Virus record (IMG/VR): IMGVR_UViG_2917870735_000002
DNA from: a virus
Taxonomy: Duplodnaviria > Heunggongvirae > Uroviricota > Caudoviricetes
Direction: 5' to 3' (one strand)
Length of the DNA stretch: 31,520 nucleotides
In this document: positions 17,511-25,559 of the stretch, in pieces
How positions within the stretch are numbered: position 1 is the first letter of the stretch
Layout: each line of letters begins with the position of its first letter
Translations under genes and position numbers: made by a program
Notes under the pieces: generated by a model
The model's database searches: none
Told to the model about the DNA's origin: nothing
Seen by the model: the letters and a program-made list of their open reading frames with translations, nothing else

Positions 17511-17670
17511 ATGTGCCACGCAGTTGCCGCGCCTGAATGGTGCGACAGGAAAAGACTCAGCGGAATTACTGACGATTTATCTTGAGTTATATGGTCAGTG
17601 TGCTGCACGTCATAATCAGTTAGTGGATGAAATTATTTTAAGAGAGAGAGTTATTGATGGAACAAATTAA
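17371..17670 (+). CDS. o-spanin (Rz1-like lipoprotein), partly embedded in the i-spanin gene
   Basis: 99 aa in a different frame from the i-spanin; signal peptide with lipobox LSAC (Cys at residue 28); ATG 17371 with GGAG 10 nt upstream. Overlapped architecture like P2 lysB/lysC. Confidence 0.6.
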   Translation: MWHRERYALKCLSLFLPVVACLMSLSACTTVPQPVPNVRYQENLKTKCATQLPRLNGATGKDSAELLTIYLELYGQCAARHNQLVDEIILRERVIDGTN

Positions 17671-17914
17671 ACTGTGTGTTTGTGGTGTTGAAATTATTTT
17701 TGAACCAAACCAGACTGCCTACAATAAATTTATTAATGAAATGGCAATGGACAATAAGGTTGCTCCTGCGCATAACTATCTGACACGAATTGTTGCGATT
17801 GAAAGTAAAGCCTCACTTTGTGAAGTATTAAATCGTCCGGGTGCTGCACTTCAACTGGTTGGCAAAGTAAATGATATTTATGCGCCTGAACTAGAAATTG
17901 AAGTAAAAAACTGA
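17657..17914 (+). CDS. tail assembly chaperone (P2 gpE-like), short form
   Basis: 85 aa from ATG 17657 (GAGAGAG upstream); immediately upstream of tape measure; LNRPGAALQLVG resembles the RPG block of gpE as I recall. Ends in slippery heptamer A AAA AAC (17905-17911). Confidence 0.55.
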   Translation: MEQIKLCVCGVEIIFEPNQTAYNKFINEMAMDNKVAPAHNYLTRIVAIESKASLCEVLNRPGAALQLVGKVNDIYAPELEIEVKN

Positions 17915-18105
17915 CAAAGCGAGTCCATGAAATTGAAATGAATGGACTCGAACAATATTTAATTCTACGCCGTCATTATTTACCACATGGTCAGGATTCC
18001 GTTGATGATATCGCCGCCGCTATCTGGCTGGACAATCGTCACTGGGAATATACGGGAATAGCTGTGGCCAATGGTGTGGCAAAAGCATTTAAAGGCAGTG
18101 AATGA
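17657..18105 (+). CDS. tail assembly chaperone, predicted -1 programmed frameshift fusion product (E+E'-like)
   Basis: The -1 frame is open from 17902 to stop 18103-18105 and overlaps the short form only across A AAA AAC. Extension reads KKLTKRVHEIEMNGLEQYLILRRHYLPHGQDSVDDIAAAIWLDNRHWEYTGIAVANGVAKAFKGSE; its TGA overlaps the tape measure ATG (ATGA). Confidence 0.4.
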
Positions 18106-19292
18106 AACAATTAGATTTTACATTAAGCCTGATTGATAAATTATCCCGCCCGTTAAAACAGGTGCAAGGTAACGTCACCGGCTTTGCGGAAAAATCAAAA
18201 GCAGCCTTTATGCAGATCGGTGGTGGCGTTCTGGCGCTGGCAGGTATCGGGATGGAGATCAAAAGTGCTTTATCACCGGCAATTGAAATGTATGACGCGC
18301 TGAATGATGCCGCCGCAAAAGGTATTGATGATTCGGCACTTAAGACAGTTCAGCGTGATGCCCTGCGCTTCAGTACAACCTATGGTGCCAGTGCGGTGGA
18401 GTTTGTTAAATCCACGGAAAATATTAACGCTTCCATTGCCGGACTGACGGGTAATGAACTGCCGAAGGTGACGAAAGTCGCCAATACCCTGGCTTTTGCG
18501 CTCAAGTCCACAGCGGCGGACACGGCGGAATTTATGGGGCAGATGTTCGGTAACTTTTCCGCCGATGCCACCAGACTGGGCAAGGTTGAATTTGCCGAGC
18601 AGCTGGCAGGCAAGATGGTTTATATGCGCAAAACCTTTGGCACAGAAATGGCCACTATCAAGGATTTGATGGAAGGTGCGCGCGGCGTCGGGACTAACTA
18701 CGGCGTGGGACTGGATGAACAACTGGCCGTGCTGGGGCAACTTCAGCGGACGCTGGGAACAGAAGCCAGCAGCGCCTATGAAGGGTTTATGACCGGCGCG
18801 GTTGATGGCGCTAAAAAGCTGGGGCTGTCCTTTACTGACTCCACCGGCAAAATGTTGTCCATGCCTGAAATGCTGATCAAGTTGCAAGGCAAATATGGCA
18901 AAAGCCTTGAAGGGAATCTGAAAGCCCAGGCGGAACTGGATGCAGCCTTTGGTAACAGTTCTGCAGTGGTTAAACATCTTTACGGCAATGTCGCGTTACT
19001 TCAGCGGAACATCACCGAACTGGGCAGTACGGACGGCCTGAAGCGTACCCAGGAAATGGCACAAAAAATGGTTAAGCCGTGGGATCGCTTTGTACAAATC
19101 CTGAAAGCCATTCAGACCGTGATCGGACTGACGCTGATCCCGGTGCTGTATCCGGTTCTGAATCGCCTGGCTGATATGGGGCAGACCTTTGCTCGTTGGA
19201 TGCAGTTATTTCCTAACATTGCCCGTGTGATTGGTTATGCGTCGGTGGCACTACTGAGCTTTGCCGCCGTGGGTGCGGTTGCAATATCGTGA
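18102..19292 (+). CDS. tail tape measure protein, N-terminal ORF
   Basis: 396 aa, Ala/Gly-rich helical with hydrophobic C-terminal segment; directly follows chaperone. Confidence 0.7.
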   Translation: MKQLDFTLSLIDKLSRPLKQVQGNVTGFAEKSKAAFMQIGGGVLALAGIGMEIKSALSPAIEMYDALNDAAAKGIDDSALKTVQRDALRFSTTYGASAVEFVKSTENINASIAGLTGNELPKVTKVANTLAFALKSTAADTAEFMGQMFGNFSADATRLGKVEFAEQLAGKMVYMRKTFGTEMATIKDLMEGARGVGTNYGVGLDEQLAVLGQLQRTLGTEASSAYEGFMTGAVDGAKKLGLSFTDSTGKMLSMPEMLIKLQGKYGKSLEGNLKAQAELDAAFGNSSAVVKHLYGNVALLQRNITELGSTDGLKRTQEMAQKMVKPWDRFVQILKAIQTVIGLTLIPVLYPVLNRLADMGQTFARWMQLFPNIARVIGYASVALLSFAAVGAVAIS

Positions 19293-20068
19293 TGGGGGTA
19301 TCCAGATTCATCATGATGGGATTACGTGGGATCTGGGGGGCGTTAACGGCGGTTACGAAAATCTACACGGCGACTGTCTGGCTGGCGCAAATGGCGGTAA
19401 TCGCCTGGAATACCACGCTGAAGTTTTTACGCGGCGCGTTACTGGCGGTACGCATGGCCGCAATGATGACCGGAATTGGTATCAATCTGATGAGCTGGCC
19501 AATCCTGCTTGTGATTGGTGCCATTGCGCTGCTTGTTGCTGGTTGTTATCTGCTGGTTAAGCACTGGAACACGATAAAAGCATCGGTGATGAATACCGAA
19601 GCCTTCCAGGCATGTGCTGCCGTAGTGAAATGGCTAGCGGGGATCTTTGTTTTAGCCTGGCAATATGTCAGTGATGGATGGAACAGTTTTATTTCTATGC
19701 TGACAGGATTTTCACCATCTGAGGCATTAAATGGAATGGCCACCGGTATTATGTCACTGTTTGATATTGTCTGGAACTCAATCAAAGAGGGATTTCTTAA
19801 GTCGTGGAACTGGATTGTTCAGAAACTGAATGAAATTCCCGGCGTGGATATTTCTCTGGCGAGTGAAACCTTACAGCCGTTAACTGGTAATACGCTGTCT
19901 ACGGGGGGCGATTTAAAAGGTGTGGATAATGGCGGTATCAGTAAAACAATCAGCAGCAACACAACATCCGTAATCGATAACAGCCGGAAAATTGGTGAAG
20001 TGCATTTCCATACCAAAGAAGCATTATCTCCACTCCAGCTTATGGAATGGCAGGAGCTTGGTGCATGA
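19292..20068 (+). CDS. tape measure protein C-terminal portion, or separate hydrophobic tail protein
   Basis: 258 aa from ATG 19292 (track gives GTG 19289); -1 frame relative to preceding ORF, joined at TGATG; multiple hydrophobic segments typical of tape-measure central regions. Confidence 0.55.
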   Translation: MGVSRFIMMGLRGIWGALTAVTKIYTATVWLAQMAVIAWNTTLKFLRGALLAVRMAAMMTGIGINLMSWPILLVIGAIALLVAGCYLLVKHWNTIKASVMNTEAFQACAAVVKWLAGIFVLAWQYVSDGWNSFISMLTGFSPSEALNGMATGIMSLFDIVWNSIKEGFLKSWNWIVQKLNEIPGVDISLASETLQPLTGNTLSTGGDLKGVDNGGISKTISSNTTSVIDNSRKIGEVHFHTKEALSPLQLMEWQELGA

Positions 20069-20394
20069 GTAATATTCTTTATATTGATTTGCTGATTCAG
20101 GGCGGTGATTTTGTTCTGAATACCGGTAATGAACCTGAATTATGTAATAACCGAAAAAGTATCGGACAGGACATTATTCATTCCATTATTGAAAGTGGTT
20201 TGGCTACGGAATTAATAGCCGAACGTAGCCCGACAATGAGAGCGGATATTTTTACCCGTATGGAATTACTGATTGAATATGATGAACGCATTGTGCCAGG
20301 TACGGTGGAAATCAGTGAAGAAAGTCAGAAGCGGCTGTGGGTAACCGCGAGTACATACGATTTTGGTGGGATCTCTGCGCAGGTGGATTTATGA
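20065..20394 (+). CDS. putative baseplate assembly protein (gpW position, 109 aa)
   Basis: ATG 20065 overlapping upstream stop (ATGA), GGAG 9 nt upstream; immediately precedes baseplate J-like gene. Confidence 0.45.
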   Translation: MSNILYIDLLIQGGDFVLNTGNEPELCNNRKSIGQDIIHSIIESGLATELIAERSPTMRADIFTRMELLIEYDERIVPGTVEISEESQKRLWVTASTYDFGGISAQVDL

Positions 20395-21575
20395 CGGAAA
20401 AACCGCAGGTCGATTTTGAAGAAGTGGTGAAGGACAGCGGTATGCCGGTAACGGAATCCGAAGTGTGGGAACACTTCAATGCGATTGCAGCGGATGAGGG
20501 AATTATCACCAATACATCCCGAATGTCACCGTTCTGGCGATTAATCACCGCCATTGTGACCGCTCCTGTGATGTGGCTGAAAGACGTTCTGGTATTGACC
20601 GTGCTGGCTAATATGTTTGTGGCAACGGCCAGCGGGAGCATGTTGCGTCTGCTGGCCTGGGCTGTGAACGTCACGGCAAAACCGGCGAGCGCTGCACAGG
20701 GGGTGATCCGCTTCTTCAAAGAAGATGCAAAGGCCGTTGTGACGGTGAAAGCCGGGACGGTTATCCAGACAGAACGCATTAACGGGCGAGTTTATGAGCT
20801 GGCCACCACTGAAGATGTGGTGATCGCTTCCAGTGCAGCCAGCGCATTACTGCCGGTGCAAGCCACTGGTACCGGGGGCGCTTATAACCTTGCGCCTGGA
20901 TACTACCGCATTCTGCCGGTGGCGGTCAGTGGTATCAGCCATGTGGCCAGTGAGGAAAACTGGCTGACCGTGCCGGGAGCTGACGAGGAGAGCGATGATG
21001 AACTGCGCGAGCGTTGTCGCAATCAGTTCAATCTGGTGGGGAATTACCACACTGATGCGGTTTATCGCTCAATGATCGCCAGCGTTGCTGGGTTGAGTAT
21101 CGATAGGATTTTCTTTGAGCATGAAGCACCGAGGGGACCTGGAACAGCAAACGCATTTCTATTGCTGGATAGTGGGGTGACCTCGGCACCGTTCTTGGAT
21201 GCAGTGAATGACTATATCAACACCCAGGGGCATCACGGACATGGTGATGATATGCAGTGTTATCCCATTCCGGAAACGTTTCACGATCTGGCCGTTACGG
21301 TTTATGTCGAGAATCTGAATAATTTCAGCGATGAGGAAAGGAAAAGCCTGAAGGATGGCGTTGAAAACATTATCCGCTGCGCTTTTCGTGAAAATGCTGA
21401 TTTTGACGTCAGAAAGACGTGGCCATATTCACGGTTTTCATTTTCGCAACTGGGGCGGGAAATTCATAAAACCTTTGCACAGACGGAATCACTGACATTT
21501 TCGCTCGGAGACATTACTAGTGAACTGGGCGTGCCGCGTCTGAAATCACTGACGGTGAATATTGATAATGAATGA
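20391..21575 (+). CDS. baseplate assembly protein J-like
   Basis: 394 aa from ATG 20391 (overlaps upstream stop); position W-J-I-fibre as in P2; size in range for baseplate J family. Confidence 0.6.
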   Translation: MTEKPQVDFEEVVKDSGMPVTESEVWEHFNAIAADEGIITNTSRMSPFWRLITAIVTAPVMWLKDVLVLTVLANMFVATASGSMLRLLAWAVNVTAKPASAAQGVIRFFKEDAKAVVTVKAGTVIQTERINGRVYELATTEDVVIASSAASALLPVQATGTGGAYNLAPGYYRILPVAVSGISHVASEENWLTVPGADEESDDELRERCRNQFNLVGNYHTDAVYRSMIASVAGLSIDRIFFEHEAPRGPGTANAFLLLDSGVTSAPFLDAVNDYINTQGHHGHGDDMQCYPIPETFHDLAVTVYVENLNNFSDEERKSLKDGVENIIRCAFRENADFDVRKTWPYSRFSFSQLGREIHKTFAQTESLTFSLGDITSELGVPRLKSLTVNIDNE

Positions 21576-22155
21576 GTTTATGGAAAAGCTGGCCGGGATG
21601 GTCTTGCCTTCCTGGATGAATAAAGGCGAACCGGGGAAATTGCTGAAAACGGCGCAGCGTTTTTGGGCTGAGGTTTACAACTGGGTTACCTGGCCAATAA
21701 ATCAGTTTGATCCGCTGACGTGTACACCGGCATTACTGAACCTGCTGGCTTATGACCGGGATATTACCCGCTTTGATGGTGAACCGTTGAGCCTGTTTCG
21801 CAAACGCGTGGCTTTTGCCTTCGTTAATGCGCGGGATGCTGGTTCAGTAGAGGGATTTATTAATATCTTTGATCGGTTGGGCATCGGTTATGTGGAACTG
21901 TTAGAACGGCAACCGGATATCGACTGGGATGTGATTCTGGTTCGGGTTACAGACAGCCAGATTGCAGACAACACGCAGCTGCTGATCCAGATAATCCGCC
22001 AGTATGGGCGAACATGCCGCCGTTATCAGTTTGAGGTGATCACGTCTGAAAGCCTGGTAATCCAGGCTGGGTGGGATCATGGGGAATATGTGGTTTTCCC
22101 GGCGACGTTAGCAGGGACGGAAGCCCGCAGCGCAACATTCAGCGCGAGTTTGTAA
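21568..22155 (+). CDS. tail protein I-like (baseplate, tail-fibre proximal)
   Basis: 195 aa from ATG 21568 (ATGAATGA overlap with J stop); located between J-like gene and tail fibre, as P2 gpI. Confidence 0.55.
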   Translation: MNEFMEKLAGMVLPSWMNKGEPGKLLKTAQRFWAEVYNWVTWPINQFDPLTCTPALLNLLAYDRDITRFDGEPLSLFRKRVAFAFVNARDAGSVEGFINIFDRLGIGYVELLERQPDIDWDVILVRVTDSQIADNTQLLIQIIRQYGRTCRRYQFEVITSESLVIQAGWDHGEYVVFPATLAGTEARSATFSASL

Positions 22156-22165
22156 GGAGATTTTT

Positions 22166-23740
22166 ATGTCACAGACAGCCATCACACTGGCGTTTGAAAA
22201 CTGGAAAGCACAGCAGGGCGCAACAGGTGAACCGGTACTACTGGACGAATTTGTTTTTGCCAGTGTGCCGGATTTAAACGCGGATATCCCTGTTGATCGC
22301 AATGAAGGGTTGCCCCCGACAGCACAGATTGTTCACCGGCAAGCTGTTACCCGTACCGGTGTGGTGGATGAAAACAGGGTGGTCTATTCCGTAGTGCTGG
22401 GCGCAGATGTGGGGGATTTCAGTTTTAACTGGATTGGTCTGCTCAATAAGGCCAGCGGTACGCTGGCAATGATTGTTCATGCACCAGCACAGCAGAAACT
22501 GAAAACAAAAGAAGGGCAACAGGGGAACGTGCTGACCCGCTCGTTTCTGATGGAGTACAACGGTGCACAAACAGAAACTGGGATTAATACGCCCGCTGAA
22601 ACCTGGCAGATTGATTTTACTGCACGTTTGGCCGGAATTGATGAGCGCCAGCGTCTGGAAAATACAGATATTTATGGCGCGGCGGCGTTTTTTGGTAACG
22701 GGTATCTGGTAGCCAAAACCGGCAATCAGTTTTATGTCACGAAAGGCACGGGGTATGTGGCTGGACTGCGTGTGTCACTGGATGCGAATCAGGATATTAC
22801 AGTGACGACAAAGTCGGTAAAAGTCTGGCTGGATGTGTGCTGGACAGGGATTCTGAGCAGTGTCTGGAGTGTACAGAGTAAAGTCACGGTTGTAGAAAAT
22901 CTGACTGATTATGTTCAGAACGGTATTCAGCATTTTGTATTTGCGGTGGCCAGCATTGATGTGGATGGCAACATCACGGATTTAAGGCCAAAAGGCAGTC
23001 TGAGCGATCAACAGGCCAGCAGCGATTTTTTGCGTAAGGATGCAAACCTTGCCGATATCAATGACAAGGCGGAAGCCAGAAAAAATCTTGGGCTGGGTGA
23101 GCTGGCGGTCTTAAGCATTAGCGATGTTGTGCCGGTTGGAGTACCACTTCCTTGGCCGACTGATATTCCACCAGCGGGTCACGCAATCATGCAGGGGCAG
23201 GTGTTTGATCCAGTGGCTTACCAGCGACTGGCTATTGCATACCCATCGGGTGTTCTTCCTGATATGCGCCGCCAGACGATCAAAGGAAAACCTGATGGCC
23301 GTGCAGTTTTGTCCTATGAAGATGATGGCAATAAATCCCATGCCCACACCGCTAGTGCATTCAGTACCGATCTGGGGACGAAGTCAACATCATCCTTTGA
23401 CTACGGCACTAGAGCTGTGAGCACATTTGATTACGGAACCAAAACAACCGATACAACTGGTGCACATACTCATACATATGTTAAGGGGCAGGCCACTCAA
23501 AACGGAGATATCAATAGAGGTCAGGGCGGCGATAACGTAACAACTGGTAATACGGATTTGGCTGGCAACCATGCTCATATTGTAGGAATTGGCGCACATA
23601 GCCATTCTGTAGGAATTGGAGCTCACTCTCATACCGTAGCAATAGGCGCACACAGTCACACCATTACTGTCGCCGCGTCGGGCAATGAAGAAACGACCGT
23701 TAAAAACATCGTATTTAACTACATAGTGAGACTCGCATAA
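22166..23740 (+). CDS. tail fibre protein with C-terminal His-box repeat receptor-binding region
   Basis: 524 aa; ATG 22166 with AAGGAGA upstream; C-terminal G-A-H-S-H repeats (VGIGAHSHS / VGIGAHSHT / VAIGAHSHT) and FDYGT-x repeats typical of T4 gp37 / Mu S / P2 H-type fibres. Confidence 0.85.
   Translation: MSQTAITLAFENWKAQQGATGEPVLLDEFVFASVPDLNADIPVDRNEGLPPTAQIVHRQAVTRTGVVDENRVVYSVVLGADVGDFSFNWIGLLNKASGTLAMIVHAPAQQKLKTKEGQQGNVLTRSFLMEYNGAQTETGINTPAETWQIDFTARLAGIDERQRLENTDIYGAAAFFGNGYLVAKTGNQFYVTKGTGYVAGLRVSLDANQDITVTTKSVKVWLDVCWTGILSSVWSVQSKVTVVENLTDYVQNGIQHFVFAVASIDVDGNITDLRPKGSLSDQQASSDFLRKDANLADINDKAEARKNLGLGELAVLSISDVVPVGVPLPWPTDIPPAGHAIMQGQVFDPVAYQRLAIAYPSGVLPDMRRQTIKGKPDGRAVLSYEDDGNKSHAHTASAFSTDLGTKSTSSFDYGTRAVSTFDYGTKTTDTTGAHTHTYVKGQATQNGDINRGQGGDNVTTGNTDLAGNHAHIVGIGAHSHSVGIGAHSHTVAIGAHSHTITVAASGNEETTVKNIVFNYIVRLA
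23582..23662 (+). repeat. three tandem 27-nt repeats encoding V(G/A)IGAHSH(S/T) inside tail fibre gene
   Basis: gtaggaattggcgcacatagccattct / gtaggaattggagctcactctcatacc / gtagcaataggcgcacacagtcacacc read directly from sequence. Confidence 0.85.
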
Positions 23741-24327
23741 TGACTTTTAAAATGAGTGAAACGGATCAAACAGTTACCGTTTATAACCTGCGTTCTGACA
23801 CGAATGAATTTATTGGGTTGGGTGACGCTTTTATACCTGCGCATACTGGACTGCCAGCCAACTGCACCACAATAAAACCACCGGTAATAAAAGCGGGGTT
23901 TGTGGCAATTTTTGATTCAGAGAAGCAAAAATGGGTTTCTCGTGAGGATCATCGTGGTGAGGTGTTGTTTGATACAGAAAACGGTAATGAGCTGGTGATC
24001 ACCGAACCAGGCGCTTATCCGGAAAGGACAACCACGTTAGCACCAGCTAATGCCTGGCAAAAATGGAATGGTAAGGCGTGGGTGGATGATGCGGAGGCCA
24101 TGCGAATTGCATTAGTCAGCGAGGCAGATGCCGAAAAGAAAAGACTGTTTAAACAGGCCAGTGACGCCATTGCCACACTGCAGGATGCCATTGATTTAGA
24201 TATGGCGACTGAAGAAGAAGAGTTGTCTCTTACTGCATGGAAAAAATACCGTGTTTTACTGAACCGTATTCAACCGGAAGATGTGCCAGAAATTGTGTGG
24301 CCGGAGATACCTGGAAATGTGGCGTGA
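23740..24327 (+). CDS. tail fibre assembly protein (Tfa, P2 gpG-like chaperone)
   Basis: 195 aa; ATG overlaps fibre stop (TAATG); N-terminus [26 protein letters not shown] and overall composition typical of enterobacterial Tfa proteins. Confidence 0.8.
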   Translation: MTFKMSETDQTVTVYNLRSDTNEFIGLGDAFIPAHTGLPANCTTIKPPVIKAGFVAIFDSEKQKWVSREDHRGEVLFDTENGNELVITEPGAYPERTTTLAPANAWQKWNGKAWVDDAEAMRIALVSEADAEKKRLFKQASDAIATLQDAIDLDMATEEEELSLTAWKKYRVLLNRIQPEDVPEIVWPEIPGNVA

Positions 24328-25042
24328 AGCACGTCTGGCCTTCACGGATTCTGTTGCTGCGCTGAACTGTTCGATAGTCCCTGCGCATCCGTGGATTTAT
24401 GGGCTGGGACAGCAGACAGCGAACGGGGCATATCTCAGCCCGGTTAATGCCGTTCGCTATCTTGCTGAACGCCTGGCCGGAACTGGGGGGAATGCGGACG
24501 TGGTGATTATGATGGTCACTGGACAGACGCAGGAAAACTTTATGACCAGCCTGAATAACCTGGCCGGGATTTTCCCTGCCCCGGCATTCACGCAGGTCAA
24601 ACGGCTGGTGCAATCCGCCGCAGCGCTGGCTATTGAAAAGATGCAGATCCCGGCGAAAGCTGCCGCAGCGTTACCTGCGTCCATTCCACTGTCTGTACCA
24701 ACCACCAGGGCAGCTTTATCTGCTGCGGCAATCAGCCAGGCACAAAAGGCGGCGGGTGCCGGGTTTGATATCGAAGGGCTGAAAAAACAGCTGGGCGAGT
24801 TCACGCAGCTGCGTGACCAGCTTATCAGTGATGTGGCCAGCGGCCTGAATGATTTACAAGGTAAAAGTGCCAGAGTATGGGTTTTTACTGCCAGCGGAGA
24901 CACCGGCACCTCGTTACTGGAATTGGTGAAGGACATTCCGCAGCAGTCTGCCGTTTACACCGCAGCCATGATGCTGGTTGGCGATAATCTTGATGGAATA
25001 AAGGGAATGATTCATGACTTCGATCCCGACACTGGCGCTTAA
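24317..25042 (+). CDS. hypothetical tail-associated protein (241 aa, Ala-rich)
   Basis: ATG 24317 with GGAGA 9 nt upstream (alternative ATG 24281); overlaps Tfa 3' end; phage-like GC composition. Confidence 0.45.
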   Translation: MWREARLAFTDSVAALNCSIVPAHPWIYGLGQQTANGAYLSPVNAVRYLAERLAGTGGNADVVIMMVTGQTQENFMTSLNNLAGIFPAPAFTQVKRLVQSAAALAIEKMQIPAKAAAALPASIPLSVPTTRAALSAAAISQAQKAAGAGFDIEGLKKQLGEFTQLRDQLISDVASGLNDLQGKSARVWVFTASGDTGTSLLELVKDIPQQSAVYTAAMMLVGDNLDGIKGMIHDFDPDTGA

Positions 25043-25559
25043 TGGCGAGGCCATCCAGCTGAAAAACATGCGGGTGACTGTTTCACAGCAATTTCAGGAT
25101 AAAGATCAGTCCGGCCAGACCAGTGCCACAACAAAATCAGAGCAGGGAGCAAAGGGAAAGGAACTGCGGATCAGCGGTGAAATACCTTTTAAACAGCCTG
25201 AAGTACTAAAGCGTATTTTTGAGCTGGCCAGTACTACCGATGCCAGTGGTAATCGTCAGAAATATCGCGTGGTGCATGAAGTTGCCCGTGCTGTTAACTT
25301 TCGTGAAGCAACGTTCAGCGGAACGGTGGATGCACCCCAGCAGGACGGGAAGATGTCCTGGTTGGTGACATTCACACTGGCGGAACATATCAGCGTGCAG
25401 GAAAAGCAAGAGGCCAGGGCAACAGGTAAGACGACCGCAAAAAAACAGACTGCCGGTAGTGCGGGACAGTCCGGTGGCCAGTCTGCCGGAGAAGATGAAG
25501 AAAAACTGACGTGGTTTGAACGCAAGGTACTGAAGCCCGTCAATGATGCTTTGGGTTAA
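25014..25559 (+). CDS. putative tail protein (gpU position, 181 aa)
   Basis: ATG 25014 with AAGGGA upstream; precedes large distal tail gene; positional assignment only. Confidence 0.4.
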   Translation: MTSIPTLALNGEAIQLKNMRVTVSQQFQDKDQSGQTSATTKSEQGAKGKELRISGEIPFKQPEVLKRIFELASTTDASGNRQKYRVVHEVARAVNFREATFSGTVDAPQQDGKMSWLVTFTLAEHISVQEKQEARATGKTTAKKQTAGSAGQSGGQSAGEDEEKLTWFERKVLKPVNDALG

